Positions 24,470 through 37,352 of a stretch of DNA of 64,000 bases are shown piece by piece; position 1 is the stretch's first letter; every line of letters begins with the position of its first letter. Made by a program: the position numbers and the translations under genes. The DNA comes from Chiloscyllium plagiosum (taxonomy: Eukaryota), in the NCBI RefSeq assembly GCF_004010195.1, contig NC_057718.1:23942605-24006604 (forward strand). Direction: 5' to 3'. The notes beneath the pieces are model-generated. The model had not been told where the DNA came from and did not search any database. It saw only the letters and a list, made by a program, of their open reading frames with translations.

Positions 24470-25800
24470 TCCCTAATGGAAGGAACTATATCTATTCATC
24501 TCAATCTTGTACACCTCAGTCAAGCTCACTCTCTAATTTCACTGCTCCAAGGAAAGTGAGCCCAGTCCAGACCCTCCAGCCCAGGCAGCATGCTGGGAAA
24601 CCACCTTTGCACTTCCAGTGCAATCACATTGTTCCCAGGATGTGGTGACCAGAAACGTACTTGGCACTCGGTTGTGGCCTGACTAACATTTTATACAATG
24701 CCAGCATATCCTTCCTAATCCTGTTAGCTAAAGCATAGAATTCAAGTATTTCATATGCCTTGTTAACCATTTTATCCAAATACCCTGCTACCTTCAGTGA
24801 TGTGGGAATGCACACCAAAGTCTCTCTGATCTTCAGTTCTTTTCAGGGTCCAACCATTCATTGTGTAATTCCCTTCCTTTGCTAGTCTTCCAGTGCATTG
24901 CCTTTCTTTTTTTTCTGGGTTGAATTCTATTTGCCAGTGTTCTGCCTACCTGACCAGTCCATTGATATCCTTCTGCAGTTTATGGCTGTCCCCCTTGCTA
25001 TCACAGTCAATTTTTGCATCATGCACAAACACCCTGATCATGCTTCCTACGTTTTAGTTCAGAATTTGTGTGCTATTTGCTATACGATAAATAGCCAGAG
25101 CTCAAGCGCCAGGTCCTGCAGAGCCCCACTGAAAACAGACTTCCAGATATAGGATTATCCCTCAACTATCACCTGTGAGCTGCCTGTCAGCCAAAATTTG
25201 GATGCAATATGCACTTTGCCTCTGGTCAAGTAAGAGCTTTTGGAATAAGTCAGTCACGCGGGGCCTTTAGAAAAAGATTTGGTAGAATCCATGTAAACCA
25301 CGTAAAATGCATTACCTTCAAGAATACTCCTTTCTTGGGCTGCGGGAAGTGGGTGGAAGCTGATCCAGCTTTCAAATACAAATTTGTCTTGACAAGTCGT
25401 TACTGACTATTCCTGGTTAACCTGTACCATTCTAATTTAGATCTATTCTGTGTGTTAAAAATCTTTCTAATAACTTTCCCTCCATCAAGGTTAGACTGAC
25501 TAGCCTATAACTTCCGAGTCCGATCTCTTTTTTTTTTAACCAATAAGACAACTTTTGCATCTCTTTTGTCGTAATGCATCTCACCTGTGGTCTTAGGGGA
25601 TTTTGGAAGTTATTGCCAAGGCCCTGATCTCTCCTCCTAACTGCCTGGAATACACTTTTATTTGGGCCTGTAGATTTATACACTGCTAAAACTGCTCATA
25701 CTACCTTTTTTTTCTGTTTAATTCCTTTTAATATTTCACAGTCTTCCAGTTTGTCTTTACCTGCATTGTCCTTTTCTATTATGGTGACCAATGAAAGCTA
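24470..25800 (-). mobile_element. Degraded CR1 ORF2
   Basis: ORF-track minus peptides SYRLVSLT..GKLLE and LYKMLVRP. Confidence 0.8.
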
Positions 25801-26407
25801 TGCACTGAGAACTGCAGCCATTACCTTGCATGGATGCCCATATAACCTCTCAACTCTCTTTCCCTGTTTTTTTTTTCTGGCTCTTTTACATACTTAGTAA
25901 ACCCTGTTTTTGGGTTTTCCTTTTATTCTACCTAACAATGTTTTCTCTTTTTAGTTTTCATAGTTTGCTTTTTCTATTGCACTGATCTGTCACCGTTGAT
26001 TCTGCAACATTATCACACCTTTCCTTTTTTAGTGTTGATGCTAAGGTATCATGTGAAGCTAAGATATTTGGGTGTAAGTAGCACAAATATATTTTCTAAC
26101 CTGTTGCCATTTAAGAAATACCATACGTGTTTTTCCTACCAAACTGGGTAGTCTCCAATATTTCCACATCATGCTCCGTCTACCATGTTTAATTTATATT
26201 GTGAACAACTAGGACTTAGGTACTGACCTTTGTGTTACCCCACTCATCACAATCTCTCAGTAGGGGAATGACCTATTAAGTCCAACTGTTTGCTAGCTCA
26301 CCACCAGTGCCAGTACATTACACCCATTCCATGTGCTTTAATTTTACCAATCACCAATAGGGAATCTCGAAACAAAAAGCTTCTGATAATCAAATATACG
26401 ACATCAA

Positions 26408-27368
26408 CTCAGTTAGCTGAGTCGCAGGTTTGCGATGCAATGATATCAGCAGCATGGATTGCTAGCTGAGGGTACTATGAAGGCTCTACTTCTTGGCTTC
26501 TCTTCTATGCGAGGTGCTGAAATTTGGGAAAGCAAATATTAGCAGGACTTATACACTTAATGGTAAGGTCCTAGGGAGTGTTGCTGAACAAAGAGACCTT
26601 GGAGTACAGGTTCATAGCTCCTTGAAAGTAGAGTCGCAGGTAGATAGGATAGTGAAGAAGGCATTTTGTATGCTTTCCTTTATTGGTCAGAGTATTGAGT
26701 ACAGGACATTGGTTAGGCCACTGTTGGAATGTTGCGTGCAATTCTGGTCTTCCTATCGGAAAGATGTTGTGAAACTTGAAAGGGTTCAGAAAAGATTTAC
26801 AAGGATGTTGCCAGGGTTGGAGGATTTGAGCCAGAGTTGGAGGAGAGGCTGAACAGACTGGGGCTGTTTTCCCTGCGCCGTCGGAGGCTGAGGGGTGACC
26901 TTCTAGCAGTTTACTAAATTATGAGGGGCATGGATAGGATAAATAGGCAAAGTCTTTTCCCTGGGGTGGGAGAGTCCAGAACTAGAGGCATAGTTTTAGG
27001 GTGAGAGGGGAAAGATATAAAAGAGACCTGAGGGGCAACGTTTTCACGCAGTGGGTGGTAAGTGTATGGAATGAGCTGCCAGAGGAAGTGGTGGATGCTA
27101 GTACAATTGCAGCATTTTAAAAGGCATTTGGGTGGGTGTATGAATGGGAAGGGTTTGGAGGGATATGGGCCGGGTGCTGGCGGGTGGGACTAGATTGGGT
27201 TGGGATATCTGGTCGGCATGGATGGTTTGGACCGAAGGGTCTTTTTCTGTGCTGTACATCTCTATGACTCTTGCCTGAGTTGTGGTGATCCTCTGATTAA
27301 ACCTCCATTGGCTGTTTGTCTGTCTGCGAGCAGCCCTGTGGTCTGGTAAGACTCTGGTGGGTTTACTT
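26408..27368 (+). mobile_element. SINE family C split by a younger CR1
   Basis: Halves 26408-26505 and 27271-27368 together match the reverse complement of 63551-63762. Confidence 0.65.
26506..27270 (+). mobile_element. Young 5'-truncated CR1 LINE
   Basis: CEVLKFGKAN...ERVQKRFTRMLPGL; near-identical to 56430-57209; tail ctctatgactct. Confidence 0.95.
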
Positions 27369-27689
27369 ATATCCAGGAAGTCCCTTTATCAATTTTATTA
27401 ACCTCCCAAAAAAAAGCTATTTTTCACTGTCAAATTCCATTCCATTCTGTGCAGACTGCCCACTCGGAACATTTTTATCCAAATGTCCATTTAACACATT
27501 GTTCTGATGGACTTGAGCATATTCCCTGCTACTGATGGAAAGCTGATGAGTCTGTTTAATTTGTACTCTGATCCTTATGTCAAATAGTATGGTGATATCT
27601 GCAAGCTTCCAATCTGCAACAATCTCCTTCCAGAATCAATCAAAATTTCGGAAAACAATTAACCAATGCATTAACTATATTTTGTCATG

Positions 27690-27816
27690 AGGCTAAATTG
27701 AGAACTACAGATGCTGGAGATTAGAGTTGAGTGTGGTGCTGGAAAAGCACAGCGGGTCAGGCAGCATCCGAGGAGCATGAGAATCGACGTTTTGGACAAA
27801 AGCCCTTAATCAGGAA
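27690..27816 (-). mobile_element. PLE family 1 repeat with decayed hammerhead
   Basis: Aligns to 16545-16636 and to the reverse complement of 34777-34911. Confidence 0.8.
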
Positions 27817-27939
27817 CAACTTTTTTAGCATTCTGGGCTGTAGACCATCCAGTCCTGGCGACTTAGTCAATTTTCAGCCCATTAATTTCTCCAGTGCAAC
27901 CTTCTTACTGATATTAATTTCCTTCAGTTCCTCTTTCTC

Positions 27940-28130
27940 TGTAATGTGGAGGTGCCAGTGTTTGACTGGGATGGACAAAGTTAGAAGTGGCATGACATCA
28001 AGTGACAGTCCAACATGTTTATTTGAAATCACAAGCTTTCAGACCTTTGACGAGGGAGCAGCCCTCTGAAAGCTTGTGATTTCAAATAAACCTGTTGAAC
28101 TATAACCCAGTGTTGTGAGTTCTGACTTCA
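27940..28130. mobile_element. PLE family 2 hairpin element
   Basis: tttatttgaaatcacaagctttcaga pairs with tctgaaagcttgtgatttcaaataaa. Confidence 0.8.
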
Positions 28131-28309
28131 TTCTCCACAGATTTCTTGTACCTGAAATGATGTGCTAAATGGACACTTGGATAAAAATGTACTGAGTGGG
28201 CAAAGTCTGCACAGAATGGAATGGAATTTGACCATCTGCCTGCACAGAGAATTCTGTTTCTGAATATGTTAAGATCATAATACAGCTAGGTCAGGATTTG
28301 ACTGAAGAC

Positions 28310-29960
28310 ATTTGCTAAGATATCACACATTAGGCTACTTCAATAAGATAAGAGCTCATGTTGTTGGAGGTAGGATATTAACATGGATAAAGGATTGGTT
28401 AAGTATTTTTGTTGAGAATGGGGGAGTTTTCAGGATGACTACCTGTTACTAGTGGAGTACCAGAAGGATTATTGTGTCTGTAATTGTTTTACTATATGTA
28501 TATTGATAATGTGGATGAGGAAAATGAATTTACGATACCTATGTTTGCAGATGACACAAATAGATAGGAAAGCAAGTGATGAGGATGACGCCATCTGTAC
28601 AGGGATATAGACGTGTTAAGCAAGTGGTTGGGGGAGGGGGGGGGAAATGATAAACTTGGCTGATGGAATATAACATGGGAAACTGTGAGGTGATGTACTT
28701 TGGCAGGAAGAAGAGAGAGATTGGATACTATATTTTTAAAGAGAGAAAGACTGCAGAAGGGTGTAGAACAAAGGGATTTGGCATTTCTCCATGAATCACT
28801 AAAGCTAGCATCTAAGTTCAGCAGGTAATATGGAAGGCAAATGGCCTTTTTATTTCAAAAGGAATGGAGTATAGAGTGGGGAGGTGTTGATTAAAACTAT
28901 ACAAGGTACTTGTCAGACCGCAGCTGGAATACTGTGAATATTTTGGTTCACTGCTTCTTGCCATTTTATATACAAATGATTTGGATGTGAACATAGAAGG
29001 TATGATTATTATGTTTGCAGATAATGCTAAAATTGGAGGTGTAGTGGACAGTGAAGAAGGTTACCCCAGAGTACAATGGGATCTTGATCAAATGAGTCAA
29101 TGGGCTGAGGAGTGACAAATGGAGTTTAATTCAGATAAATATGAGGTGCTGCATTTTGGAAAAGCAAATCAGGACTTGTGTTTAATGGTTAAGGTCCTGG
29201 GGTGTGTTGCCGAGCAAAGAGACCTTGGGTGCAGGTTCAGAGTTCCTTGAAAGTAAAGTCGCAGATAGATAGGATAGTGAAGAAGGCGTCTGGTATACTT
29301 GCCTCTATTGGTCAGTACATGGAGTATAGGAGTTGGGAGGTTATGTTGCGGCTGTACAGGACATTGGTTAGGCCACTTTTGGAATTTTGCATGCAATTTT
29401 GGTCTCCCTCCTATAGGAAGTATTTTATGAAGCTTGAAAGGATTCAGAAAAGATTTACAAGGATGTTGCCAGGGTTAGAGGATTCGAGCAACAGGGAGAG
29501 GCTGAACAGGCTGGGGCTTTTTTCCCTGGAGTGTCAGAGGCTGATGGGTAACTTTTATAGAAGTGTATAAAATCATGAGGGGCATAGATAGGATAAATAG
29601 ACAGATCTTTTCCCTGGGGTGGGGGAATCCAAAATTGGAGGGCATAGGTTTAAGGTGAGAGAGGAACGGTTTAACAGGGACAAAAGAGGCAACCTTTTTA
29701 ACACCGAAGCAATGGGATGGTGCCACAGGAAAGGGAGGCCATTCTGTAAGTTGACTGAGGAATAGTCCAGATACGTGTCTGGAATGAGTTGCGAGAGGAA
29801 GTGGTGGAGGCTGGTACAATAACATTAAAAGGCATCCGGATGGATATATGAATAGGATGGGATGTATGCCAAATGTTGGGACTAGATTTATATAGGATAA
29901 CTGGTTGGTATGGATGAGTTGGACTGAAGTTGGACTGTTTCCATGCTGTATATCTCTGGC
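28310..29960 (+). mobile_element. Two adjacent CR1 RT/3' fragments (older 28310-28950, younger 28950-29960)
   Basis: FADD motif occurs twice; ORF-track peptide LYRTLVRPLLEFCMQFWSP. Confidence 0.9.
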
Positions 29961-29969
29961 TTGATAACA

Positions 29970-30460
29970 GTTGACATTTCAGGCTAAGAAGTCATCAGAA
30001 CTGTGTAAAGATTGAAGCAAAACAGGTTTTTTTTTTAGCAAGTGAATATCTAGAGGAGCAGGAAGAAGAATGAAAAGAAAGATTAAGTAACCTAGCAGCT
30101 CATCTTGGTGAGTAAAGAAATGACGTGAGAATGGCTGGATAGCTACCTGAACATGAAGGGAAATGAATTACAGCAGGGGATGAATTACAGCAAGTCGAGG
30201 ATGTGATCTGAAATCATGCACTTAAGTTCCAGAAACTGTACTTTGCCCACTTAGAATGACCTGTTCCTCAAGCCTTGCACTTGAGCTTCATTGGAACATC
30301 CTGGCATTGCTGTCCAGGGACAAGTATAGTGGTTGCAATGATAAGGGGTCATAAGGTTTCGGGTTTTGCACAGAAGTGTTTCACAAAGCAGTCACCCAGG
30401 CTGTGTTTAGTGTCTGTTGTTTTATCTACAATGTTGTGGGCAGCTAATTCAGAAAAAGTA
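29970..30460 (-). mobile_element. Degraded Penelope GIY-YIG/3' fragment
   Basis: Minus strand DTKHSLGDCFVKH resembles ETKRRLGDRFxEH; 30220-30300 parallels 7090-7175. Confidence 0.65.
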
Positions 30461-30535
30461 TGCTCTGTGGATGTATGTAGCTTATACTAGGCCACAATCT
30501 GAAGAGCAGCAGTAAAAGGGGGCAGCTGCATTTCC

Positions 30536-31035
30536 NNNNNNNNNNNNNNNNNNNNNNNNNNNNNNNNNNNNNNNNNNNNNNNNNNNNNNNNNNNNNNNNN
30601 NNNNNNNNNNNNNNNNNNNNNNNNNNNNNNNNNNNNNNNNNNNNNNNNNNNNNNNNNNNNNNNNNNNNNNNNNNNNNNNNNNNNNNNNNNNNNNNNNNNN
30701 NNNNNNNNNNNNNNNNNNNNNNNNNNNNNNNNNNNNNNNNNNNNNNNNNNNNNNNNNNNNNNNNNNNNNNNNNNNNNNNNNNNNNNNNNNNNNNNNNNNN
30801 NNNNNNNNNNNNNNNNNNNNNNNNNNNNNNNNNNNNNNNNNNNNNNNNNNNNNNNNNNNNNNNNNNNNNNNNNNNNNNNNNNNNNNNNNNNNNNNNNNNN
30901 NNNNNNNNNNNNNNNNNNNNNNNNNNNNNNNNNNNNNNNNNNNNNNNNNNNNNNNNNNNNNNNNNNNNNNNNNNNNNNNNNNNNNNNNNNNNNNNNNNNN
31001 NNNNNNNNNNNNNNNNNNNNNNNNNNNNNNNNNNN
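30536..31035. other. Assembly gap, exactly 500 N
   Basis: Run of N; the round size suggests a scaffolding placeholder. Confidence 0.99.
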
Positions 31036-31229
31036 TGGTTGACTTTTATGCAGTTAGGGGTGGGCAGTAAATGCTAGCCTAGCCCATGACATCAGCATCT
31101 TGAGTTCTGTGGGGTTATCCCTTTGATAACCTCTTGGGTAAGGGGTTGAATTACCTAATCTGTGATCAGGCAGTGGAGGATGTGACTGCAGGTGAAGCTT
31201 GTATAGAGACTACATAGTATCAAGTCCTA

Positions 31230-31525
31230 GAGATGTACAGCATGGAAACAGACTCATTCCATACACTCACCACCCTCTGTGTAAAAAAAAATAAAAAAGT
31301 TGTCCCTTCGTCCCTTTTATATCCTTCCCCTCTCACCTTAAACCTATGCCCTCTCATTCTGGACTCCCCCAACTCAGGGGAAAGACCTTGTCTGTTTATG
31401 CTATCCATGCCACTGACCCTCCAGGGAGAACAGCCCCACCCTATTCAGTCTCTCCCTCTAGCTCCAACCCTGGCAGCGTCTTTGTAAGTCTTTTCTGAAC
31501 CCTTTCCAGTTTCACAACATCCTTG
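31230..31525 (-). mobile_element. CR1 3' fragment
   Basis: ESRMRGHRFKVRG...FFTQRVV. Confidence 0.88.
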
Positions 31526-31713
31526 TTCTTTCCAAGGCTCTTGCCAACTATGCACAATATAGTTGGGGTTGTAAGAAGAGTGAGCAAACTGGCCATGACA
31601 CACTGTTACAGTCAGCCATTTGAATTGGAAGATGAAATAGGAATGCAGTTGTGATGGAGGTTCCTATAATTCTCTGGCCCTGAGCAAGACTCCCAAAGCC
31701 TGCTGGTGTTGGG

Positions 31714-32468
31714 TGTTCTGGACCAGGGTAGACCCCCCTCAAAATATTTTAAGAAGGTAGCCTAGACCCTAACATTTTCTTATTTTTAAAGACCAATGTG
31801 AAGTGGATATTTGTGTAATGCAGCTGGTCAAACCACTTGGCTTTAAGCAAAACAGAATTTATTTAAACACAGTTGAAATAAGAGCACAAAACGGAATTTA
31901 GAATAACAACTAATGGAAAATTTAACCAACCTAATACAGTAACTAGTAGGAGGCGAGGATTGCAGATGCTGGAGATCAGAGTCGAGAGTGTAGTGCTGGA
32001 AAAGCACAGTAGGCAACATTCCTGATGAAGGGCTTATACTCAAAACGTTGATTCTCCTGCTCCTCGGATGCTGCCTGACCTGCTGTGCTTTTTCAGCACC
32101 ACACTCTCGCCTCTGTTACAGTAACTGTTACTAATTAATTGTTCCAATACAGCATCATCCCATAAACACACCCCTTGGCAAAAGGATAAATTCAAACAAA
32201 CTCTTGCAGGTAGGAGGGAACAGTGTTCATTGAGATTTCAGAAGAAGGTCAGAGGAATTCTTTACTGAAGCTTGCAACTCTCCTGGACACTCTTATTTTG
32301 TGACTGCTAAAGCAAAAACAAACTAGAAAAAAACTGAACTGGAAGAACTGGCCACTCCCCTTCCATTATCAAACTAAACTCTTCAGTGCCTCAGCCTTTA
32401 TGACCTCTCTTTGGTTTCCCCCAAAAGATGACATAACCTTTTTTTTTTAAAGCGACAGCACCATCACA
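31714..32468 (-). mobile_element. Solo LTR (gypsy-like termini) with nested PLE hairpin
   Basis: TGT...ACA termini; colinear with 37353-38173; AATAAA on minus strand; no TSD recognisable. Confidence 0.7.
31945..32116. mobile_element. PLE family 1 hairpin element with 10-bp TSD
   Basis: Flanked by TACAGTAACT at 31935-31944 and 32117-32126; gtgctggaaaagcacag pairs with ctgtgctttttcagcac. Confidence 0.82.
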
Positions 32469-32985
32469 CATTTAAAGGCATCCCTTTGGAGCTAGAATGG
32501 AAACTTGGAGGGAGAGGGGTGGGATCTGGTTATCACTGATCAGGCGATACTGATGGCATCAATAAGACGAGAAAGGAGATCTGTCTGAGAGAATATGAGT
32601 AGGTGAGAACTACATTTTAAAGTTTAGAACCTGCAAGGTGGTAATGCCTGGATTGTAACCTGGACTGTGGGCAAACAGAAACAAGGGAGATAAAATCAAG
32701 GAGGTAAGAGTTAGGTTCCAAGATATTGGTGCTGGAGGAATGGGTTTTAGTTCATGGGGCACTGGCACTACTATGGTAAAACTGAGCTGTTCCAATGAGT
32801 CAGGCTTCACTTGTTTCATGCTGAGACTGTGGATATGACAGCATTTCAAAACATTTAGTTTAATAATGATACCCAAAGTGGCATAGGGAGTGACATACAC
32901 AAACATTCAACGAAAAAGCAGCATAAAAGGTCGAAGGGGAAAAATGAATTTAAAAAGGCAAAATTAACAGCTCTTAAAGCATATA

Positions 32986-33338
32986 CAGGTGGTCAACCCC
33001 TTATCCGAAAATCTCAAGTCTGAAGGTGTTTTTGTGAAGTTTTTTTTCTAATTAACGAGGTTGTTTGGCATGCAAACAGTTAACCCAAGTCCACACCCAC
33101 TTGATGTGTGTCACTCAGATGTGACGTGTGTGGGTGTGGGTGGGGGTGGGGGGGCGCGGCCCAACACTGGCAAGCTCAAGTTTTGTTTCAGAGCCCGTTT
33201 TACTCACAGTGAATCTATTCTTCGGAAAGTTGTTTTAAAATTTCACCATCAAACTGCCACTTATTCTGAAATTCGAAAAATTCTGAATTCTGAACACCAG
33301 CTGGTCCTGAGTATTTCGGATAAAGGATTGTGCACTTG
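32986..33338. mobile_element. Tc1/mariner (Tigger/pogo-like) MITE
   Basis: TA flanks; degenerate TIRs CAGGT...CCTTATCCGAAA and TTTCGGATAAAGG...CTTG; homologous to the 47567 copy. Confidence 0.85.
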
Positions 33339-34654
33339 TAGTATTCCGAACAAGAATGAATTAACGATACCAAGATAATGATCTTTATGGTCACTATGTA
33401 GGTGAGGTTGCAAGAAGTTCAAAATTAGGAGCAAAATATTCAGCGCTATGTATTGTTTCAAAAGCTCAGAGGAAAAGGATGATGGAGTGATTTCATCCAT
33501 ACAAGAGAGAATAAGTAGGATAGCAATAAATGATCTAGAATTGGAAGATATCGAATCTATGAGAAGAGATGAGAAATAAGGGGCAGAAGATGCTGCAAGT
33601 AATCTGTAGGGTTCCTATAACTATTATATTCCAGAGAAAAGACTAAACTGGGAGACAATAAAGTCATGTAAAAGCAATGTACTAATAATGGGTGACTTTC
33701 GACGTATATGTAGGTGAGAGAGTTGAATTGGCAGAGGTAGTCACCAGGAACAATCTAGAGTCTGTGTGTGTGGGATTGTTTCCTAGAACAATATGTTGCA
33801 GATCTGAAAAGGAATCAGACTGCTTTGACTCTAGTCATGGTAGTTTGAAGAAATGGTCAGAGTAAAACTCAAAACAGTGACCTTGATGAGGTAGCATTCA
33901 ATGTTCCATTTGAGTGTGAGAAACCTCACTTAGAAACAACTGAGTTAAATGAGGGTAATTTGCAAAGGAACGAGAGCAAATTTGGCTGGACTAGACTGGG
34001 AACAGAAGTTTGAACAGAAAAGACCACTATGAGCAATGAGAAACATTCTAAAATAGTTGACTCTCAGCAAAGACTTATTCCAGTGAAGAAGAAACGTGCA
34101 TGAGGGGGAAGTTGGAGAATAGTATTGAACTGAAAGTGAGAATACTTTATGGCGAAGATCAATAAGACTAGCCAAGCTTGAAAACTTAAGAACTGGTGAC
34201 CCCAAAAAAGAAGAAAATAGACTTTGGGGTAAATTAGCATATAGCTAAATAAATGGATAGTAAGTACTAATTTTAACTTAAGAAGGGGAGAGAGGTCAAT
34301 GTGAATGTAGTCCCCTTAGAGAATAAGACTCGGGAAACTACAAAAAGGAAATCAGAAATGAGAGAGTTGAATAACTACTTTGTATCATTCTTCATAGCAA
34401 CCTAAGCAATACTTATTAACAATGGGGTGAAATGGGGAAGGTTTACTGGAAAAGAATACCATTACAATCGCTATAGGAAATGTACCAGACAAAATAACAG
34501 GGTTAAATGCTGTTAAGTTCACTTAACCTGACAGGTTACAACCTAGGGTATTGAAGGAAGTAGCTATAGAGATAGCAGATGCACTCCTAGCAGCCTTCTA
34601 ACCTTTTGGATTCTGTCGAATTCCCAGATTACTGGAAGCTTGCCAATGTAGCAA

Positions 34655-35025
34655 AAGCAATTTATTGGCAATTCACAGCAGGTCTGGCAGCATCTGTGGG
34701 AAGAAAGCAGAGTTAAGTGTCAAGTCCAGTGACTACTTTTGAGAACAGAAGAGTCACAGGACTCCGAAGAAAGCAGCTTTTATTCCTGATGAAGGGCTTT
34801 TGCCCGAAACATCGATTTTACTGCTCCTTGGATGCTGCCTGAACTGCTGTGCTCTTCCAGCACCACTAATCCAGAATCTGGTTTCCAGCATCTGCAGTCA
34901 TTGTTTTTACCCTCCGAAGAAAGCAGAGTTACTGTTCCAAGTCCAGGGACTCTTCGTCAAATTCTTCTTCTGCTCTGAAGAGTCACTGGATTTGAAATGT
35001 TACTTCCACTTTCTTCCGACAGATA
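34655..35025. mobile_element. PLE family 3 repeat cluster with nested family 1 unit
   Basis: cagcaggtctggcagcatctgtgg head; multiple GAGTC/GACT stems. Confidence 0.75.
34777..34911 (+). mobile_element. 135-bp PLE family 1 unit with hammerhead motif and 15-bp TSD
   Basis: CTCCGAAGAAAGCAG at 34762-34776 and 34912-34926; CUGAUGA A GGGC UUUU GCCC GAAAC AUC at 34786-34813. Confidence 0.85.
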
Positions 35026-36864
35026 TTTCGGGGTGCGGTCTTGTTTCGGTCATTGGACAATGTGCCCAGCCTATCGTCACCTTGCTCACTGCCCAAAGTT
35101 GGTCAGTGCCTCAATGCTGGGGATGTTAGCCTGGTCAAGAAAGCTGGTGTTGGTGTATCTTTCTTTTAAGGGATCATTTTGAGGATGGTAGGTGTAACCA
35201 GTACTGAGCTATAGGGATCAGTGCTGGGACCACAATTATTTACTACATAGATTTAATAACTTGGATGAAACCATTTTATCCAGATTTTCAGATGACACAC
35301 ATAGGTGTTTAACAGTCTGCAGCAAGATAGAAGCAGGTCATGTGAGTGGGCAAAATGTTGCCAGATGGAATAAAGTGGGGAAATGTTGAGGTTACACACT
35401 TTGGCAAGAAGAATAGATCAGCTGACTATTATCTAAATGGAGAATGACTGCAGGAAGCTGTGCCACAGATTTACTAATGGGTGATACCAACATTTCATTT
35501 GCCTTCCCTATTATTTCAAAGGAAATGATGTATAAAATTAAACAATGCACTAATAGAGTAAACAGTTTGGTCCCTTCTATCTGAGGAAAAACATTATAAA
35601 TGGGTCTGGAGGCCTTCCAGAGAAGGCTCACTGAGCTGATGGCTGGTATGGGGGGGTTGCCTAATGAGGAAAAGTTGAGTAGATTGGGCCAGCACTTGTT
35701 GGGATTCAGAGGAATGTACCCGAACTAAAAATTGCAAAATTACATGGGAATTTGACTTAGCTGCTGAGAAGTTGTTTTGTCTGCCTGTACTACTTTTTTA
35801 ATATGCCCTCTTTTTATCTTTTTATTCTGTCCTGCAGGACAGATACTGTTTGGGTGCATGTTGACTACTCCTGGAAGTGTTGTCTTCATCTTGTTATTTC
35901 TTTTTTTTTAACTTGAATTAAGAAAGGGTGACTTCTTCAGAAATCCAGTTTAAAAATCTTTTGAAGGATCTCCCCTTGACTTGACCACCTCGCATCAATG
36001 GAGGTCTAATTCATCATAGGCAATACAGAGTTCTTTGGGTAAAGATTTGGACAAGTGAAGGTTACTTACTTGAATTGCATTCATAATTCTAACAAAACGT
36101 TTGTATATGAGAGCAATCTCTCTCGATTTGCTGCTGGATTACAGAGTGGTAATTGAAAGAGGCAGTCAGGATAATTTTTTTCTGCAAAATGCAAGAAGTC
36201 TGTGTTTGCGACCACGTATGGCTGGTGCACTATTAATTGTGATGCAAAACAGTTTCTTGAATTGGAATGTTTTTCTCTTCAAATTTGTAGATATACTTCC
36301 TTCTCCTTCTCTCCCTCTAAAAGACAGAAAGGCAAGAAAATAACTTCTTAATAGTTGCCTTTTTTTTTAAAAAAAAAAGGCCCATGCAAACACCAGCAAT
36401 CAGCAGAACTATGTCCGTCATGGTGATAGATTCATCAAACAGCAGTTGGATGAAATCAGAATGCTGCTGTTGTTGCCAAAAAGTGTCTTTGGATAAAGAT
36501 GCCACTTGTCTTGCTTCTATAAAAACACAGAATGACCTGCTCTGGATTGCCAGTGCTATTTCTTCTTTGTTTTGGAGGTTAATGAATAAAGAGCCAACGG
36601 TCACAGTCATTGCTTTTTAAATACTTTTGCTATCTGTGAATGACTTCTTATCTTGCCAGAAGATGGACAATGTGAAATCGTGCTTCGGTGCAGGCCTTAC
36701 CTTTTTGCTGCTGATTTGAGTGGGGAAAGAAATGACTTGAGTATTCAAACCAGCCCTCGGCTCATCAACTTTCTTTGACTGAAGCATGTTTTTCAAGAGA
36801 GAACTACCCTTGAATTTACTGATGTTATGTGGTGTCATTGCAAGATCCCCCTTTTTTAGTTTTG

Positions 36865-37050
36865 AAGTTAAAAATCACACAACACCAGGTTATAGTCCAA
36901 CAGGTTTAATTGGAAGCACTAGCTTTCAGAGCACTGCTCCTTCATCAGGTGGTTGTGGAGTACAAGATCGTAAAACACAGAATTTACAGCAGTAGGTCAC
37001 AGTGTGATGCAACTAAAATTATATATTGAAAAAGACCTGGATTGTTTGTT
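36865..37050 (-). mobile_element. PLE family 2 repeat
   Basis: Closely similar to 49623-49827. Confidence 0.82.
36917..36951 (-). ncRNA. Minimal hammerhead ribozyme motif (PLE family 2)
   Basis: cac CUGAUGA A GGAGC AGU GCUCU GAAAG CUA gug. Confidence 0.7.
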
Positions 37051-37352
37051 AGTTTTAAACCTATTGATATACCTTGATGTATGGAAAACTCACGTCTTTT
37101 TACAGTTGTGAACAGAAATTCTTTTGACAATTTGAAATGGAAGTTGTCCATTGTACATCAGTTCCTGGTATTTGTATTATCGATTTGTATTACCATTATA
37201 AAACTAAATTACTCTGCAATGGTAGTCTACCTGGATCAAAGTGAAACATAATGTAACAAGCTGGTGAAATTTGTGAGCATGGACTTTTCTCTCGCCATAC
37301 AGTTTCTGGAAGAGGACGTTGTATAGTAATATTATGATCAACCTGTGGGTGG

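Larger units (their letters stand above)
32560..35780 (+). mobile_element. Old, long degraded CR1 hosting a MITE and PLE insertions
   Basis: Endonuclease remnant (IMGDF), RT remnants (GSVLGP, FSDD) and 3' remnants in the expected order. Confidence 0.75.

Noticed and set aside
35800..35930. Good acceptor (cctgcag at 35837) as candidate FMN2 exon 2
   Set aside because: Phase-1 translation GQILFGCMLTTPG does not resemble the expected RTLLEKLF continuation.
36317..36838. Cluster of short ORFs in unique sequence
   Set aside because: No recognisable homology or convincing splice structure.
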